DNA from: Eledone cirrhosa
Taxonomy: Eukaryota
Direction: 5' to 3'
NCBI GenBank assembly: GCA_964016885.1
Contig: OZ024748.1
Location: forward strand, 3,968,001 to 4,032,000
DNA length: 64,000 nt
Made by a program: the position numbers and the translations under genes. This document shows positions 1 to 13,968 of the stretch, one piece after another. A model generated the notes under the pieces. The model was not told the DNA's origin. It saw nothing but the letters and a program-made list of their open reading frames with translations, and made no database searches. Each line of letters opens with the position of its first letter. Position 1 is the first letter of the stretch.

Positions 1-41
1 TATATATATATATATTTATATACATACATACATATATATAA

Positions 42-262
42 TAAGAATATTTTCGAAACAGCGAGCGGGTTTGAAATTATCATAAATATAAGCTATCGCC
101 GTATTTTGACTAAAGAAATTAAAGAAATTACTTAGCCTGATATTGGGGTTAAGAACCCTCGGAGAAATGGAAAAAGATGAGTATTGACGTACATGGGAGT
201 CGAACCCACATCTTTGGTTATCCAGACCACCGTGCTACCATTTACACCAACACATCACTGTT
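42..262 (-). mobile_element. tRNA-headed SINE-like element inserted in (TA)n
   Basis: Minus strand begins with a tRNA cloverleaf (A box TGGTGTAAATGG, B box GGTTCGACTCC). The body is nearly identical to 56980-57130. Flanked by (TA)n on both sides. Confidence 0.75.
185..256 (-). pseudogene. tRNA-like cloverleaf (anticodon GGA), SINE head / pseudo-tRNA
   Basis: GATGTGT-TG-GTGT-AAATGGTA-GCAC-G-GTGGT-CTGGATA-ACCAA-AGAT-GTGGG-TTCGACT-CCCAT-GTACGTC-A. All four stems pair, with many G-U pairs and one mismatch. The short variable arm and T at position 37 argue against a functional tRNA-Ser. Confidence 0.7.
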
Positions 263-1970
263 ATATATATATGCATATAAATATATATATATATAACAGA
301 GATATATTTGACATTGACATGAACGCAAACATCTTACAGATTCGTACTTAGTGGGTTCTTTGTTGTTATTGTTTTTATTATTGTTGTTGTTGCTGTTGTT
401 AATTGTTATTGTTATTGTAGATATTATTGTTGTTATCGGTGTTGTTATTGTTGTTGTTATTATTGTTCTTGTTACTGTTGTTGTTGTTTCTATTGTTGAT
501 ATTGTTGCTATTGCTGTTGTTACTCATATTGTTGTTGTTGTTACTGTTTTTGTTATTGCTGTTGTTGTTATTGTTATTGCTTTTGCTATTGCTACTGTTG
601 TTGTCGTAGTTGCTACTGTTACTGTTGTTATTACAGTTGTTGTTGCTGTTGTTGTTTCTGTTGATGTCGTCGCTGCTACTGTTGTTGTTGTTGTTGTTAC
701 TGTTGCTGTTACTGTTGTTGTAGTGTACCAAAGAGCCTTACCTCTCAGACATTCTTCCAGTGACATTTAAATCATTAGCCATTCTCTAATGAATGTGTTC
801 TACTGTGCTGGAGATGTCGGTTCTAATCTATATCAGTCGCTCTCCTATCTTAAGAGACACTATTATTTACTTCTAGCAAAGACGCCATATAAAGTCACAA
901 AAGTCTTCGTTTTTCTTGCCAATTGATATACTTTACATTACATCCTACCTATATCGTCTTCTCGTTGTTATTGCTGTTGTTGTGTTTGTTGTTATATTAG
1001 CTAATGTTTTTGTCGTTGTTGTTGGTGTTGTTGTTATTGAAGTTGTTGGTGTTGTTGTTATATTAGCTAATGTTTTTGTCGTTGTTGTTGGTGTTGTTGT
1101 TATTGAAGTTGTTGGTGTTGTTGTTGGTGTTGTTGTTGGTGTTGTTGTTATATTAGCTAATGTTTTTGTCGTTGTTATTGCTGTAGTTGTTATTGAAGTT
1201 CTTGTGTTCTTGTTGTTGGTGATGTTGTTGGTGCCGATACAACAATAATCATAATTTGTAAATAGCCCTTTTCTCTCTCTTTCTCAGTCCTTTCCTCTCG
1301 CCATTTTAATCTCTGCCTCTCTACCCCCCTCTCTCTCTCTCTATCTATCTATCTGTCTATTTGCCTGTCTGTATATATATCTTACCAGATTCATACGCGC
1401 ATATCATATACATACATATATGTATATACGCATACAAGCGCATATACACATACACACATACATACACATATACACATACATATACATGCAAAGAAACACA
1501 AACACACACATACAAACTCATACTCAGAAACAGACACACGCAAATACACGTACAAATACACACCAGACATCCACAAATACACATTTACTTACAAAAACAC
1601 ATACATACACACATACACAAACACATACACACGTACACATAAATACGCACACATATACACACATTCATGCACACACACACACAGCTCCATATACACACAT
1701 ATACACAGTAATTAGTCATTAATGAGGTATAAATAAGATTTTAATATCTGTAGCGGGAAAATAAAATATTCTATACACAACACCTATAGTGACAACCACC
1801 CACATATATATATTATATATACATTATATATACATTATATATACATTATATATTCATTATAATATATATTATAATATATAAGCACGTAGATCCATAATAA
1901 AAATAGATGTCCAACTATGTATGTATGCAGGGTGTCCCAAAAAATGTATACACATTTCAACAGTATTCTA

Positions 1971-2081
<111 letters not shown>

Positions 2082-2300
2082 CATACATACATATATATAT
2101 ATTTATATATATATATATACATATATATATATGTGTATGTATATGTATATATATATATATATATATATACATATACATACACGCACACACTCACGCGCAC
2201 ATGCAGACACACATTGATAAATAGAGATAATATCAGATAAATATCAATTGATATCTAAGTTGCATTTGATACGATGTCAGGAGACAAATATCCCAGGACT

Positions 2301-2348
<48 letters not shown>

Positions 2349-3099
2349 TGTGTATATATATATATATATTTATATATATATGTATATATTGGGTTATTTA
2401 CAGTCAAGATTAAAACATAACGAACTGGTATCAATGATATCAACAACAACAGATATGACACCAGAAATAACAACTACAGCAACAACAAGAAGAAGAACAA
2501 CAACAACAGCAGCAGCAACAACAAATAACAAGAAAATGACAAAGAAAGAAACACATTATACATAGCAACAGAAATAATAACAGTACTTAGGACAGCAATA
2601 CCAACAGAAATAGAAGCAACAACATCAATAACAACAACAACAACAAATGTGTAATAGTATCAAGAAGCGGGGAGGGGGGTAAAAGAAAAAGAAGCAAAAG
2701 GATATAAGGAGAATAAGAAAAGAACAAGAAAAGGAGGAGCAGGAAAAAGAAGAAAAAGAAGTAGAAGAAAGAAGAAAGAAGAAGAAGAAAGTAGAAGAAA
2801 AAGAAGAAGAAAAAGAAGAAGACGAAGAAGAAGTAGAAGAAAAAGAAGAAGAAAAAGAAGAAGAAGAAGAAAGAAGAAGAAGAAAGAAGAAGAAGAAGAA
2901 GAAGAAGAAGAAGAAGAAGAAGAAGAAGAAGAAGAAGAAGAAGAAGAAGGTAAGGATCAGTAATGTAGTGTGCAAAGATATCAAGGGCTAAAGGATAACG
3001 AACTCTTAATGTTTTCGTGTTGTAGTCAGTATATTTTATATCCCTGGGTTCAGAACAACCAATCACCCCTTAGCTCTAAATAGGGACCACAGGATTTTA

Positions 3100-3230
3100 A
3101 GTCTGTTTCGAGCTCGATGGTTCATCAGGCAGGTGGTTATCCTAGTTTTAGTGGCATGAAGCAACTGAGAGTACTAGACTCTCCCCTGGACAAGACGCCA
3201 GTCCATCGCAGGGTTAAACCTCCAGCTATT
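3100..3230 (-). mobile_element. Old SINE fragment (conserved-core metazoan SINE type)
   Basis: ggcatgaagcaactgagagta...cccctggacaagacgccagtccatcgcagggtta resembles, from memory, a widespread invertebrate SINE body. Confidence 0.5.
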
Positions 3231-4173
3231 GATGCTGTATGAGGAAATGTAAGAAGGAAGGAATATCCTATGTGGCTGGGGAATCTATTAGACACACCAT
3301 TAACAACAACAACAACAACAACAACAACAGCACTTTCAAATCAAGCAACAATAACAACAACAACAGCAAAAACAATGACATTAGCAACCCTAACAACAAC
3401 AACAACAACAACAACAAACAACAATGACAATAAGAAGAACAATAATTTCAAAACAAACAGCAACAACAATGAAAATAACAACAGCAACAACAGTAACAGC
3501 AGTAACAATAGCAACAACAGTAACAACAACAAAAACAGCAACAACAGCAACAAGACTAACAGCAGCAACAATATCAACAACAGTAACATCAATAACAGCA
3601 ACAACAACAATGAAAATAACAACAGTAACAGCAGCAACAACACTGGCAATAACAAGAACGACAACATCAATAACAACAATAGCAACAACAGCAACGACAA
3701 TATTAACAAGAACAACAACAACAACAAGGGCAATAACAAGAACAACAAGCAGGATATGAAAGAGATTCCTTGTGTATGAAGCGAAGTATCAAAGAACGAG
3801 CACAAATCTTTGATTTATTATGTAAGACATATCAATACAGCGATGTTTAGTGCATCTGCTTGGGGTGAACAGACGCACACACACACATATCCATATACAC
3901 GCATATACAGACACACATACATATATACTTACATACATACACACACATACATGTATATATATATATATATATAAATTAATAAAAACAATGAATAAAAACA
4001 AAGAACAAGTTCCGTATATTAAAAAAATTCATCATTTTACGATCGTTTCTAGGATATATATGTGTGTTGGTATGTATATCATATAGATCTATGTAAACAT
4101 TTTACAAACTATCAGAGTAAATATACATACCTTCACATATATATGCTGTCTTCAGAAATAATGATATTAGATT

Positions 4174-4245
<72 letters not shown>

Positions 4246-4293
4246 ATATTATTCAAAATATTAATAAATGAGAAATATCATAACCAAAGTATA

Positions 4294-4356
4294 TATTTTA
4301 TTATACCTATTTCAAAGGTACAGTGGTGTTTCAGTACGTTTTCATCAGATAAAATA
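4294..4356 (-). ncRNA. Hammerhead ribozyme type I (mirror copy)
   Basis: Reverse complement reads TATTTTAT-CTGATGA-AAACGTAC..GTACCTTT-GAAA-TAGGTA-TA-ATAAAATA, with an 8-bp stem I. Confidence 0.7.
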
Positions 4357-4426
4357 TATAAGAGATTCCTACAGGAATTGATGATTCAAGTACCTTAGCG
4401 GTATGTTGCATATCCAATCTCTTATA

Positions 4427-4489
4427 TAGTTTATCTGATGAAAACGTACTGAAACACCACTGTACCTTTGAAATATGTATAATAAAATA
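4427..4489 (+). ncRNA. Hammerhead ribozyme type I
   Basis: CTGATGA at 4435; stem II AAA-C-GTAC/GTAC-C-TTT; GAAA at 4470; short stem III ATA-TG-TAT; AUA site; stem I TTTAT/ATAAA. Confidence 0.7.
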
Positions 4490-4626
4490 CATACTTTGGT
4501 TATGATATTTCTCATTTATTAATATTTTGAATAATATAGATACTCTAAGAAAATTCTTGTCGAGTGCTTCTAATCTATTGTAAAATTGAATTCGTTGAAT
4601 GATCAACGAACCATATAAAGTTTTGG

Positions 4627-4744
<118 letters not shown>

Positions 4745-4928
4745 ATATATATATATATATAAATATATAAGAAAATGAGTTTTTTTTTCAAAATGAAAAA
4801 TAAAAGAAAGTCCTACATATGTTGCAGTTCCTTCAAAACGAAGATGACTTGACGTCACCAGTCACCTGAATAATCAAAGGTGTTCAACACTTTTAAATAC
4901 CCTGTGCAATTATTATTTGTTATTTTTG

Positions 4929-4981
4929 ACTTACTGATGAGTAGGATGGACTGTAAATTCAATAGTTCGAAAGCTTTAAGT
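4929..4981 (+). ncRNA. Hammerhead-like motif with 7-nt insertion after the core
   Basis: ACTTA-CTGATGA-gtaggat-GGACTGT..ATAGTTC-GAAAGCTT-TAAGT, with a 5-bp stem I and 7-bp stem II. Upstream K*KIKES (about 4790) weakly resembles a GIY-YIG C-terminus. Confidence 0.6.
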
Positions 4982-5773
4982 ATGACAAATACACAGTTTA
5001 TAGCATATTTATATTAATCTTCTTTTAGTTCCAAATGTGCTTCGTTAAAGAAGTAGCCTTACATCTGTAAATGTTGCAGAGTGAGTGTTAGTGTTGTGTG
5101 CATCTGGCAGCGCTTTAATACAACATCTAGGGAAAAAACAAAACAAAAAACAAAATAAACAGCAGCTGTTGCGTCTCGACTGATTACATTTTGCCAGCTT
5201 CCACTGTTAACACGATGAGAATTTATCGGCGCATGAGAATAGAATGGATTGTGGAGAAAATTCTATACATGACTTGATATGATGGTGCGCAGTATGTTCC
5301 TCAGCTAGGAGGTATGATGGTATTACTGAGAAGTTATGGAAGTTATTACTGGAAGATCTGTGGGAGGCGCTTTGCCGTGCGTTCAACTATTAGTGTGCTA
5401 CAGGAATGTCGAATAAGGGCCTCCCTGGGATTACACAACAAAACATATAACAACGAGTCAATGAAAGCTCTTCAGCCACATAAAAAAGAATGAACAAGCT
5501 CAAATGTATATAAAAGTAGCTAGAAATATTGAGCAAAAAAACCCAGTTCACCTGGCGATCACAGTGGCGTGAAACACGAGTCACCGGAAAAAAGTAGGAA
5601 TTAAATAAACTTAGCGAGAAATATGTACGCACACACATCTCTAATCCTCCGTTTAAGTGTTTTTTGTTTGTTTTTCTACAACTCTGGCCTTTCACCCTCT
5701 ATCACTCCCCCCCCCTCCTCCTCCTCTTTGGAAGCATGTTTTTTTCTGTGTATGTTGCACTTCCCACTGACTC

Positions 5774-5816
<43 letters not shown>

Positions 5817-5821
5817 AAGAA

Positions 5822-5927
<106 letters not shown>

Positions 5928-6177
5928 TGGTGCATGAATGCGCATGTGTCTAGAATTAACTCTTTCATTTGTATGTTTTTCACTCATACACACATAAAAA
6001 CATACATACACACATCAGCACACATTAACACGCACACACGCACGCACACACACACACATGCACAAACACGCCTGCATAAACACGCACACATACACATCTC
6101 CCCCCCCTACATTACCCATTCCTTTATGTTTTATTTTCTTTATCATCATCATCGTTATCATTGTCGTTATCATTGTC

Positions 6178-6239
<62 letters not shown>

Positions 6240-7849
6240 TATCATTATTGTTATCATTATTGTAAACCTTCTAACAAGTTACAAAAGGTCGGCGCAGGAT
6301 CGATCCATCATCCCGAGGCTCTGGAGTGTCTTGTTGTTGTTACTGTTGACTGACTGTTACTATTGTCGTTGCTGTTGTTGTTGCTGTTGTTATTGAGCTG
6401 GGTGGGGTTGGGTTGGTGGGGTGGATAGTGTTACTCTTTCTGTTGACAGGCTTTTGTTGCTGTTGTTGTTGGTAGTAGGGGTGGATGGTTTAGGGTTAGG
6501 GGTGTCATGGATGTAGTGTTGTTACTGCTACTCTTGATTGACTGCTTCTGTTGCTGCTGTGCTTGTTGTTGTAGTTGTTGTTGTAGTTGTTGTTGTTGTT
6601 GTTGTTGTTGTAGTTGTTGTTATTGTTATTTTGTCGTTATTGTGGTTGTTGAGGTTGTTATATTTGTTATTGTTGCTGTTGTTATTTTTCTGCTTGTTGT
6701 TATTGTTGTTGTTATTGTTGTCGGTGTGGTTGATATTTTGGGGGTTGTTATTGTTGTTGCTGTTGTGGTTGTTGTGGTTGTATTGTTGCTGTGGTGGTTA
6801 TTGTTGTTGTTGCTGTTTCTTTGTTTTTGCAGATATAGTGGTTGTTGTTATTGTTATAGTTACTGTTGTTCTTGTTGATATTGTCGTTGTTGCTATGATT
6901 ACTATTGTAATTATTGTTGTTGTTGTTGTTGTGATTAATATTGTTGTTGTGGTTGTTGTTGTGATTACTATTGTAGTTGTTGTTGTGGTTGTTGTGATTA
7001 ATATTGTTGTTGTGGTTGTTGTTGTGATTACTATTGTAGTTGTTGTTGTGGTTGTTGTTGTGATTAATATTGTAGTTGTTGTTGTGGTTGTTGTTGTGAT
7101 TAATATTGTAGTTGTTGTTGTTGTTGTGATTAATATTGTTGTTGTGGTTGCTATGATTACTATTGTAGCAGTTGTTGTTGTTAGTATAGTTGTTGTCTCA
7201 ACTTGTTTCATCTCAGCTCATATCGAATGTAACGTAGACACGGCGTTGTGTTATAGATTTGACACCCTCCTACACACACATACACACACAACCTCCTACA
7301 CACACACACACAGGCAGACACACACAACCTCACACACACACAACCTCCTACACACACACACACACACACACAGACAGACACACACAACCTCACACACACA
7401 CAACCTCCTACACACACACACACACACAGACAGACAGACACACACAACCTCCTACACACACACAGACATACACACACACACACAGACATACACAACCTCT
7501 CACACACACACACAGACACACACAACCTCACACACAGAGACACACACAACCTCACACAAACACACCACAGACACACACAACCTCCTACACACACACACAC
7601 ACACACACACACAACCTCCTACACACACACAACACACACAAACTTAAGAAATTGAATAAAAAAAAGACAATGAACGAAAGCAAGGCAAAACGAAAAATAA
7701 TTTTTGAAGGAGAAACATAAAAAATTTTTTTTGAAAATAAAAATGCGAACAGGACAGAACTTATTTTATATGTCGGAAGCTATATGGAAGGAAAATAACA
7801 AGAGTTTTGTATAGGAAAAAGGAGAAACGTTAGACGGGTAGATAAAGGG

Positions 7850-8455
7850 TGGATAGGTAGGTAAGTTAAGAGAGTGTAGGTAGAATAGAGACGTGGTCAG
7901 TGGATAGGTAGGTAAGTAAAGAGAAGTGGGTAGAATAGAGAGGTGGTCGGTGGATAGGTAGGTAAGTAAAGAGAGTGTAGGTAGAATAGAGAGGTGGTCA
8001 GTGGATAGGTAGGTAAGTAAAGAGAGTGTAGGTAGAATAGAGAGGTGGTCGGTGGATAGGTAGGTAAGTAAAGAGAGTGTAGGTAGAATAGAGAGGTGGT
8101 CGGTGGATAGGTAGGTAAGTAAAGAGAGGTGGGTAGAATAGAGAGGTGGTCGGTGGATAGGTAGGTAAGTAAAGAGAGTGTAGGTAGAATAGAGAGGTGG
8201 TCAGTGGATAGGTAGGTAAGTTAAGAGAGTGTAGGTAGAATAGAGAGGTGGTCGGTGGATAGGTAGGTAAGTAAAGAGAGTGTAGGTAGAATAGAGAGGT
8301 GGTCGGTGGATAGGTAGGTAAGTAAAGAGAGTGTAGGTAGAATAGAGAGGTGGTCGGTGGATAGGTAGGTAAGTAAAGAGAGGTGGGTAGAATAGAGAGG
8401 TGGTCGGTGGATAGGTAGGTAAGTAAAGAGAGGTGGGTAGAATAGAGACGTGGTG
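7850..8455. repeat. Minisatellite, ~51-bp purine-rich unit, ~12 copies
   Basis: Unit gagagtgtaggtagaatagagaggtggtcggtggataggtaggtaagtaaa recurs at, for example, 7971 and 8022. Confidence 0.95.
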
Positions 8456-8761
8456 GGTTGGTAGAGGTGGGGTAGTTGCGTGGAGTGAAAATGGCATGGG
8501 TGGTAGGTAAGTGGAATAGAGGTAGATTAGGTGGACTGAAGGTGGGGTAGTGAAGATGAGGTGGGTGGGTGAAGTGGTGATGGGGTCGAGTACAATGTAT
8601 TTTGACATGTTCCTGTTGCGACAACAATTATACAGGGTGGGGTGGGGGTGGGGGAGGTGGATACAAGGTGGGTAAAGTTTCGATATATCTTTCATGTAAC
8701 ATATCTCTTATTTTTACTAACGCTCTCTCTCCCCCCTCTCTCTCATATATATATATAAATA

Positions 8762-8843
<82 letters not shown>

Positions 8844-8866
8844 CACACACACACACACACATACAC

Positions 8867-8931
<65 letters not shown>

Positions 8932-8952
8932 AATAAACATATATATATACAA

Positions 8953-9000
<48 letters not shown>

Positions 9001-9071
9001 GTGGATGCTTATATATCTATATCTCTCTATTTCCTCACTCACTCTCTCTCTCTCTATATATATATACATTT

Positions 9072-9115
<44 letters not shown>

Positions 9116-9348
9116 GCATATATATATATATACATATATATATATGTATATATATATATGTACACACACACAAATATATATATATATATATAGATATATA
9201 TATATGGCGAGGAACATGCGCACGTGTCTGTTACATTAGAAACACAGCTGCGCTCAAGTTTGATCTTTGTTATTAAAGATTTTTATCATATTTCTTCAAC
9301 AGATCTTTATGTTTGATTTGGAACTAAGGCATTCTTAAATCCAAAAGT

Positions 9349-9392
9349 CTATAGACGTTTCGAGACCTTCACAGCCTCATCTTCAGAATGAG
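9349..9392 (-). ncRNA. Hammerhead ribozyme type I (Penelope-associated), stem I decayed
   Basis: Reverse complement reads CTGAAGA-T-GAGGC-tgtgaag-GTCTC-GAAACGTC, a canonical core with a GUC site. Confidence 0.75.
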
Positions 9393-9519
9393 AATAGTAG
9401 TATTGGTAGTGTATTATTAACACACTTTGTCATTGTCGCGAAGGATCATGGGACTGACGGTAAAATAGAAATGGGTTTATAAAGTATTGTAGTGTTGAAC
9501 CCGGGCAGGATTTCACATA

Positions 9520-9715
9520 CATGTTAATTAATGGTTTATATTTTATTAATAGTAAAACCTCCATAGGATTCCATATTATAACTATTGTATTATCAGTAAA
9601 TGTTTTTTTTTCCAGCTAATTTTGTCACATGTACTGTGTAATGAGTAACGATTGCTCCTTGTTTTAAGTGCATAGTCAACTGATGAGAAAGCGTTGTAAT
9701 TGTGTGGTTGATGAA
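9520..9715 (-). pseudogene. Penelope-like element GIY-YIG endonuclease C-terminal remnant (frameshifted)
   Basis: Manual translation gives FINHTITTLSHQLTMHLKQGAIVTH...DNTIVI..MEVLLLIKYKPLIN. This matches the PLE pattern YIGxTxTTLSRRLTMH..GAI / E.L.I...P.IN. A hammerhead lies ~130 bp downstream on the same strand. Confidence 0.8.
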
Positions 9716-9989
9716 TTATTAGTGATTGTAGTAGTGGTAGTTTCATTAGTGGTGGTAACGTTGTGGTGGTAGTGAATTATGGTGGTGGGGAGTGTAGTGG
9801 AGACAGTGTCATGGTGGTGGTCATTGTAGTTGTGGTAGTGTCCTTGGTGGTGATCCCAGTAGTAGTGGTCACTGTGGTAGTAGTAAGGGTGAGAGTGAAC
9901 TGTGGTGTGGTGGGGACAGTAGGTGAGACAGTGTCATGGTGGTGGTCATTGTAGTGGTGGTAGTGAGCGATGGCAGTGGTCACTGCAGT

Positions 9990-10044
<55 letters not shown>

Positions 10045-10097
10045 ATAGTAGTAGTAGTAATAGAAGTAGTAGTAGTAGCAGCAGCAGCAGTAGCAGC

Positions 10098-10152
<55 letters not shown>

Positions 10153-10233
10153 ATAATAGTAGTAGTAATAGAAGTAGTAGTAGCAGGAGCAGCAGCAGGA
10201 GTAGTAGTAGCAGCAGCAGCAGCAGCAGCAGCA

Positions 10234-10292
<59 letters not shown>

Positions 10293-10705
10293 AGCTATGG
10301 TGTGTTATCGGTTGTGGCTGGCGCCAGCACCGAAAGGGTTGTCCAACCGGAAAAAAAGGGAGAAAGGAAATTATTGAAAGGGGAGACAAATGTGTATGTG
10401 AACGAGGCTGAAGTAGATCCGAATGAAGGATGATTGATGGAGGTGATGATGGGAAGCAGTAGACGAGAGGATGGAGGTGAGGGTTAGATGATGGTGGCGG
10501 CGGCGGGTGGAGTACATCAACATGTATAATAAGAATGTCTTATACGAGAGATGAGGCGTTTGGTCTTATCTTTAATCCTTAGTCAGTGTAAATCTTTTCA
10601 TTGAAGGTTCAACATTTCAGGGAGACAAATATGTCTTCGGCTTTCAACGGAGGAAACAAAAATATTCTTATGGGTCAAGATAATAGTTTTGTTGTTGTTG
10701 TTGTT

Positions 10706-10738
<33 letters not shown>

Positions 10739-10943
10739 GCTGTTGTTGTTGTTGCTGTTGTTGTTGTCGTTGTTGTTGCTGGTGCTGTTATTGTTATCAT
10801 TATTGTTATTGTTGTCGTCGTCGTTGTTGTTGTTGTTGTTGTTTTTATTGTTGTTGTTGTCATCGCTGTTGTCATTGTTATTGCTGTTGTTGTCGTTATC
10901 GTCGTTGTTATCGTTGTTGTTGCTGTTGTTGTCGTTATCGTCG

Positions 10944-10995
<52 letters not shown>

Positions 10996-11463
10996 CATCG
11001 TTGTTATTGCTGTTGTTGTCGCTGGTGTCGCTGGTATTGTTATTTTGTTGTTGTTGAAGACATCATGGACGAACGGTTAAGAGGTTAGCTTCACAACTCA
11101 GGTCCCAGGTTACATCTCATTGCCTGGAGAATATTTCACAAATATCATTTACCACCTCATGTCCTCTCTCTTCCCACCGTTGTAATGGACCCATCATTGG
11201 TCTCTCGGAAACATCTAACGATTGTTCACCAATTGTAATATGGAATAAATTAACACACACACACACACACGCACACACACACACACACACGCACACACAC
11301 ACATACACATGCACTGACAGACAGATGAACACACACATACACACTCACACACACATATATATATCTATATAATATTGGGTATAAAGGGTATAAATCGAAT
11401 ATATATATATATATACCCTTGTCTGTCTGTCTGTCTGTCCCACCCCTCACACACATACACACA

Positions 11464-11531
<68 letters not shown>

Positions 11532-11702
11532 CCCTATCTGCCCCCCCCGTCTCTTCTTAAACAGCTGGATGTCTATTTTAAACATTTGCTCTGCAGCTGT
11601 GTGAAATGACAAGTCATAAGATTTATGGGGGAAAATTAAGTTCAGACGACCACAGTCAAGTCTTCAATATCCCAGACTTTCATATATACATATATATATA
11701 TA

Positions 11703-11867
<165 letters not shown>

Positions 11868-11986
11868 CAGTATATAAATATATATATATATATATATATA
11901 ATAACCAAACAACCAAACACACACACACTCACATATATATACGTACCCATCTATCTATATTTATATGTATACATGTATATATATAT

Positions 11987-12051
<65 letters not shown>

Positions 12052-12085
12052 TACGTATACGTACATACATATATACATACATGCA

Positions 12086-12117
<32 letters not shown>

Positions 12118-12479
12118 AATACGTATACATTTCTTTATCTTTTCATTTAATTTTCATTGTTTTTTTCATATTATTTTTTCCTTTCTCTTTTTCCTTCCTT
12201 TTGTTTCTTTGTTAATTATTTAATTTATTTATTCTTTTATTGCTATTTTATCTTTCTTTTTCTTTCAAATGAAATTCAAGTCCCCATCAACAACAACAAC
12301 AACAACGAATAAAAAGTGAAAAAAAATGAAGGAAACAAAAGAAAGATGGAGGCGTTGTCTGAGAATGACACGTGTATCTGGCGTATCGGAATGTTTGAAA
12401 ACGAGGCTCCTACAATAAAGTCACATCAGTTCAGAAAGTTCGTTTTCATTCACATATTTCTTTCATTCATTTAGTCATC

Positions 12480-12582
12480 CCGCCGAGGTTGACTTTGCCT
12501 TTCATCCTTACGGGGTCGATAAAATAAAGTACCAGTAATGCACTGGGTAATTGCTGGCCTTGTGCCTAAAGTAGAAACAATT
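12480..12582 (+). mobile_element. tRNA-derived SINE, 3' fragment
   Basis: cgccgaggttgactttgcctttcatccttacggggtcgataaaataaagtaccag followed by a (TTA)n tail. Many copies occur in the window. Confidence 0.85.
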
Positions 12583-12668
12583 ATTATTATTGTCCCCTAC
12601 ATGTCGGCCCTTGTGGCTAATAAATGAAATCATTATCATTATTATTATTATTATGATATTGTTGTTAT

Positions 12669-12895
12669 GTGGTGGAATGGTGGAATCGGTAGAGCGTCAG
12701 ACGCCATGCTTTGCAGTATAGAGTTACGGCCCTTTACGGTCTGAGTTCAAATTTCGCCAAGGTTAGCTTTGCCTTTCATCCTTACGGGATCGATAAAATA
12801 GAGTACCAGTCATGCACTGGGGTCGATTTACTCGACTTTCCCCTCCCCCCAAAATTGCTGGCCTTGTGCCTATATAAGAAACCATTATTATTATT
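12669..12895 (+). mobile_element. tRNA-derived SINE, near full length
   Basis: A-box-like TGGTGGAATCGG, B-box GAGTTCAAAT, shared core and (TTA)n tail. Confidence 0.85.
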
Positions 12896-13375
12896 ATTGT
12901 TGTTTGTTGGGCGGTGGAAAGAGAAAGAAAGAGAGAAGGGGAGTAAAGAAGGTATCACTGTACACGAGAAGAAGAAGAAGAAGATGAAGCAGAAGAGGAA
13001 GAAGAAGAAGAAAAAAGATGAAGAAGAAGAAGAAGAAGATGATGATGATGAAGATGAAGACGAAGAAGAAAAAGAATAATAATAAGAAGAAGCAGAATAA
13101 TAATAAGAAAAAGATGAAGAAGAAGAAGAAGAAAAAGAAGAAGAAGCAGAAGAAGAAGAAGAAGAAGAAGAAGAAGAAAAAAAAAGAAGAAGAAGAAGAA
13201 GAAGAAGAAGAAGAAGAAGAATCTAAGTAATATGGTGGGAATCTTCTCTCTGACGTCTGATGTGTCAGAGTTACTTAAGGATCTTAGACAAAAGAATCTC
13301 TTTTGTCTATCTATTATTTTTCATTTCTCTCTCTCTGACTCTCACATACTAACACACACACACACACACAGACAC

Positions 13376-13478
<103 letters not shown>

Positions 13479-13532
13479 TACACACACATGAGTTTATATA
13501 TATATGGATAAACAAGTATATATAGATATACT

Positions 13533-13624
<92 letters not shown>

Positions 13625-13723
13625 TGTGTGTGTATTCATATAAACATACCGTATATCGCCAGATATACAAATTCACGTATTTCATATACAAAACTATGTT
13701 AGAGTTAATGCCATTATATATAA

Positions 13724-13766
<43 letters not shown>

Positions 13767-13768
<2 letters not shown>

Positions 13769-13968
13769 AACGAGTAGGACCCCGACGGCTGAGCTCAAGC
13801 CGTTTCGACGACTAATTCTGAACAATTCTGAGTCCAGAATTAGCCGTTGAAACGGCTTGAGCTCAGCCGTCGGGGTCCTACTTGTTCCTATTACCCACTC
13901 TACTACCCTAAGTATTGAGTACTTTGGTGCGTTATGGTCCATCTGGTTCCTTACCACATTTCCTTCGT

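Noticed and set aside
185-256. Functional tRNA-Ser(GGA) gene
   Set aside because: It lacks the long variable arm, has a pyrimidine at position 37, many wobble pairs and an anticodon-stem mismatch, and is attached to a dispersed repeat.
1928-1965. Tc1/mariner TIR-like cagggtgtcccaaaa
   Set aside because: A single short end with no partner TIR or transposase nearby.
3098-3132. Hammerhead on minus strand (CTGATGA..GAAAC)
   Set aside because: Stem II and stem I do not pair. It coincides with the 3' end of an old SINE.
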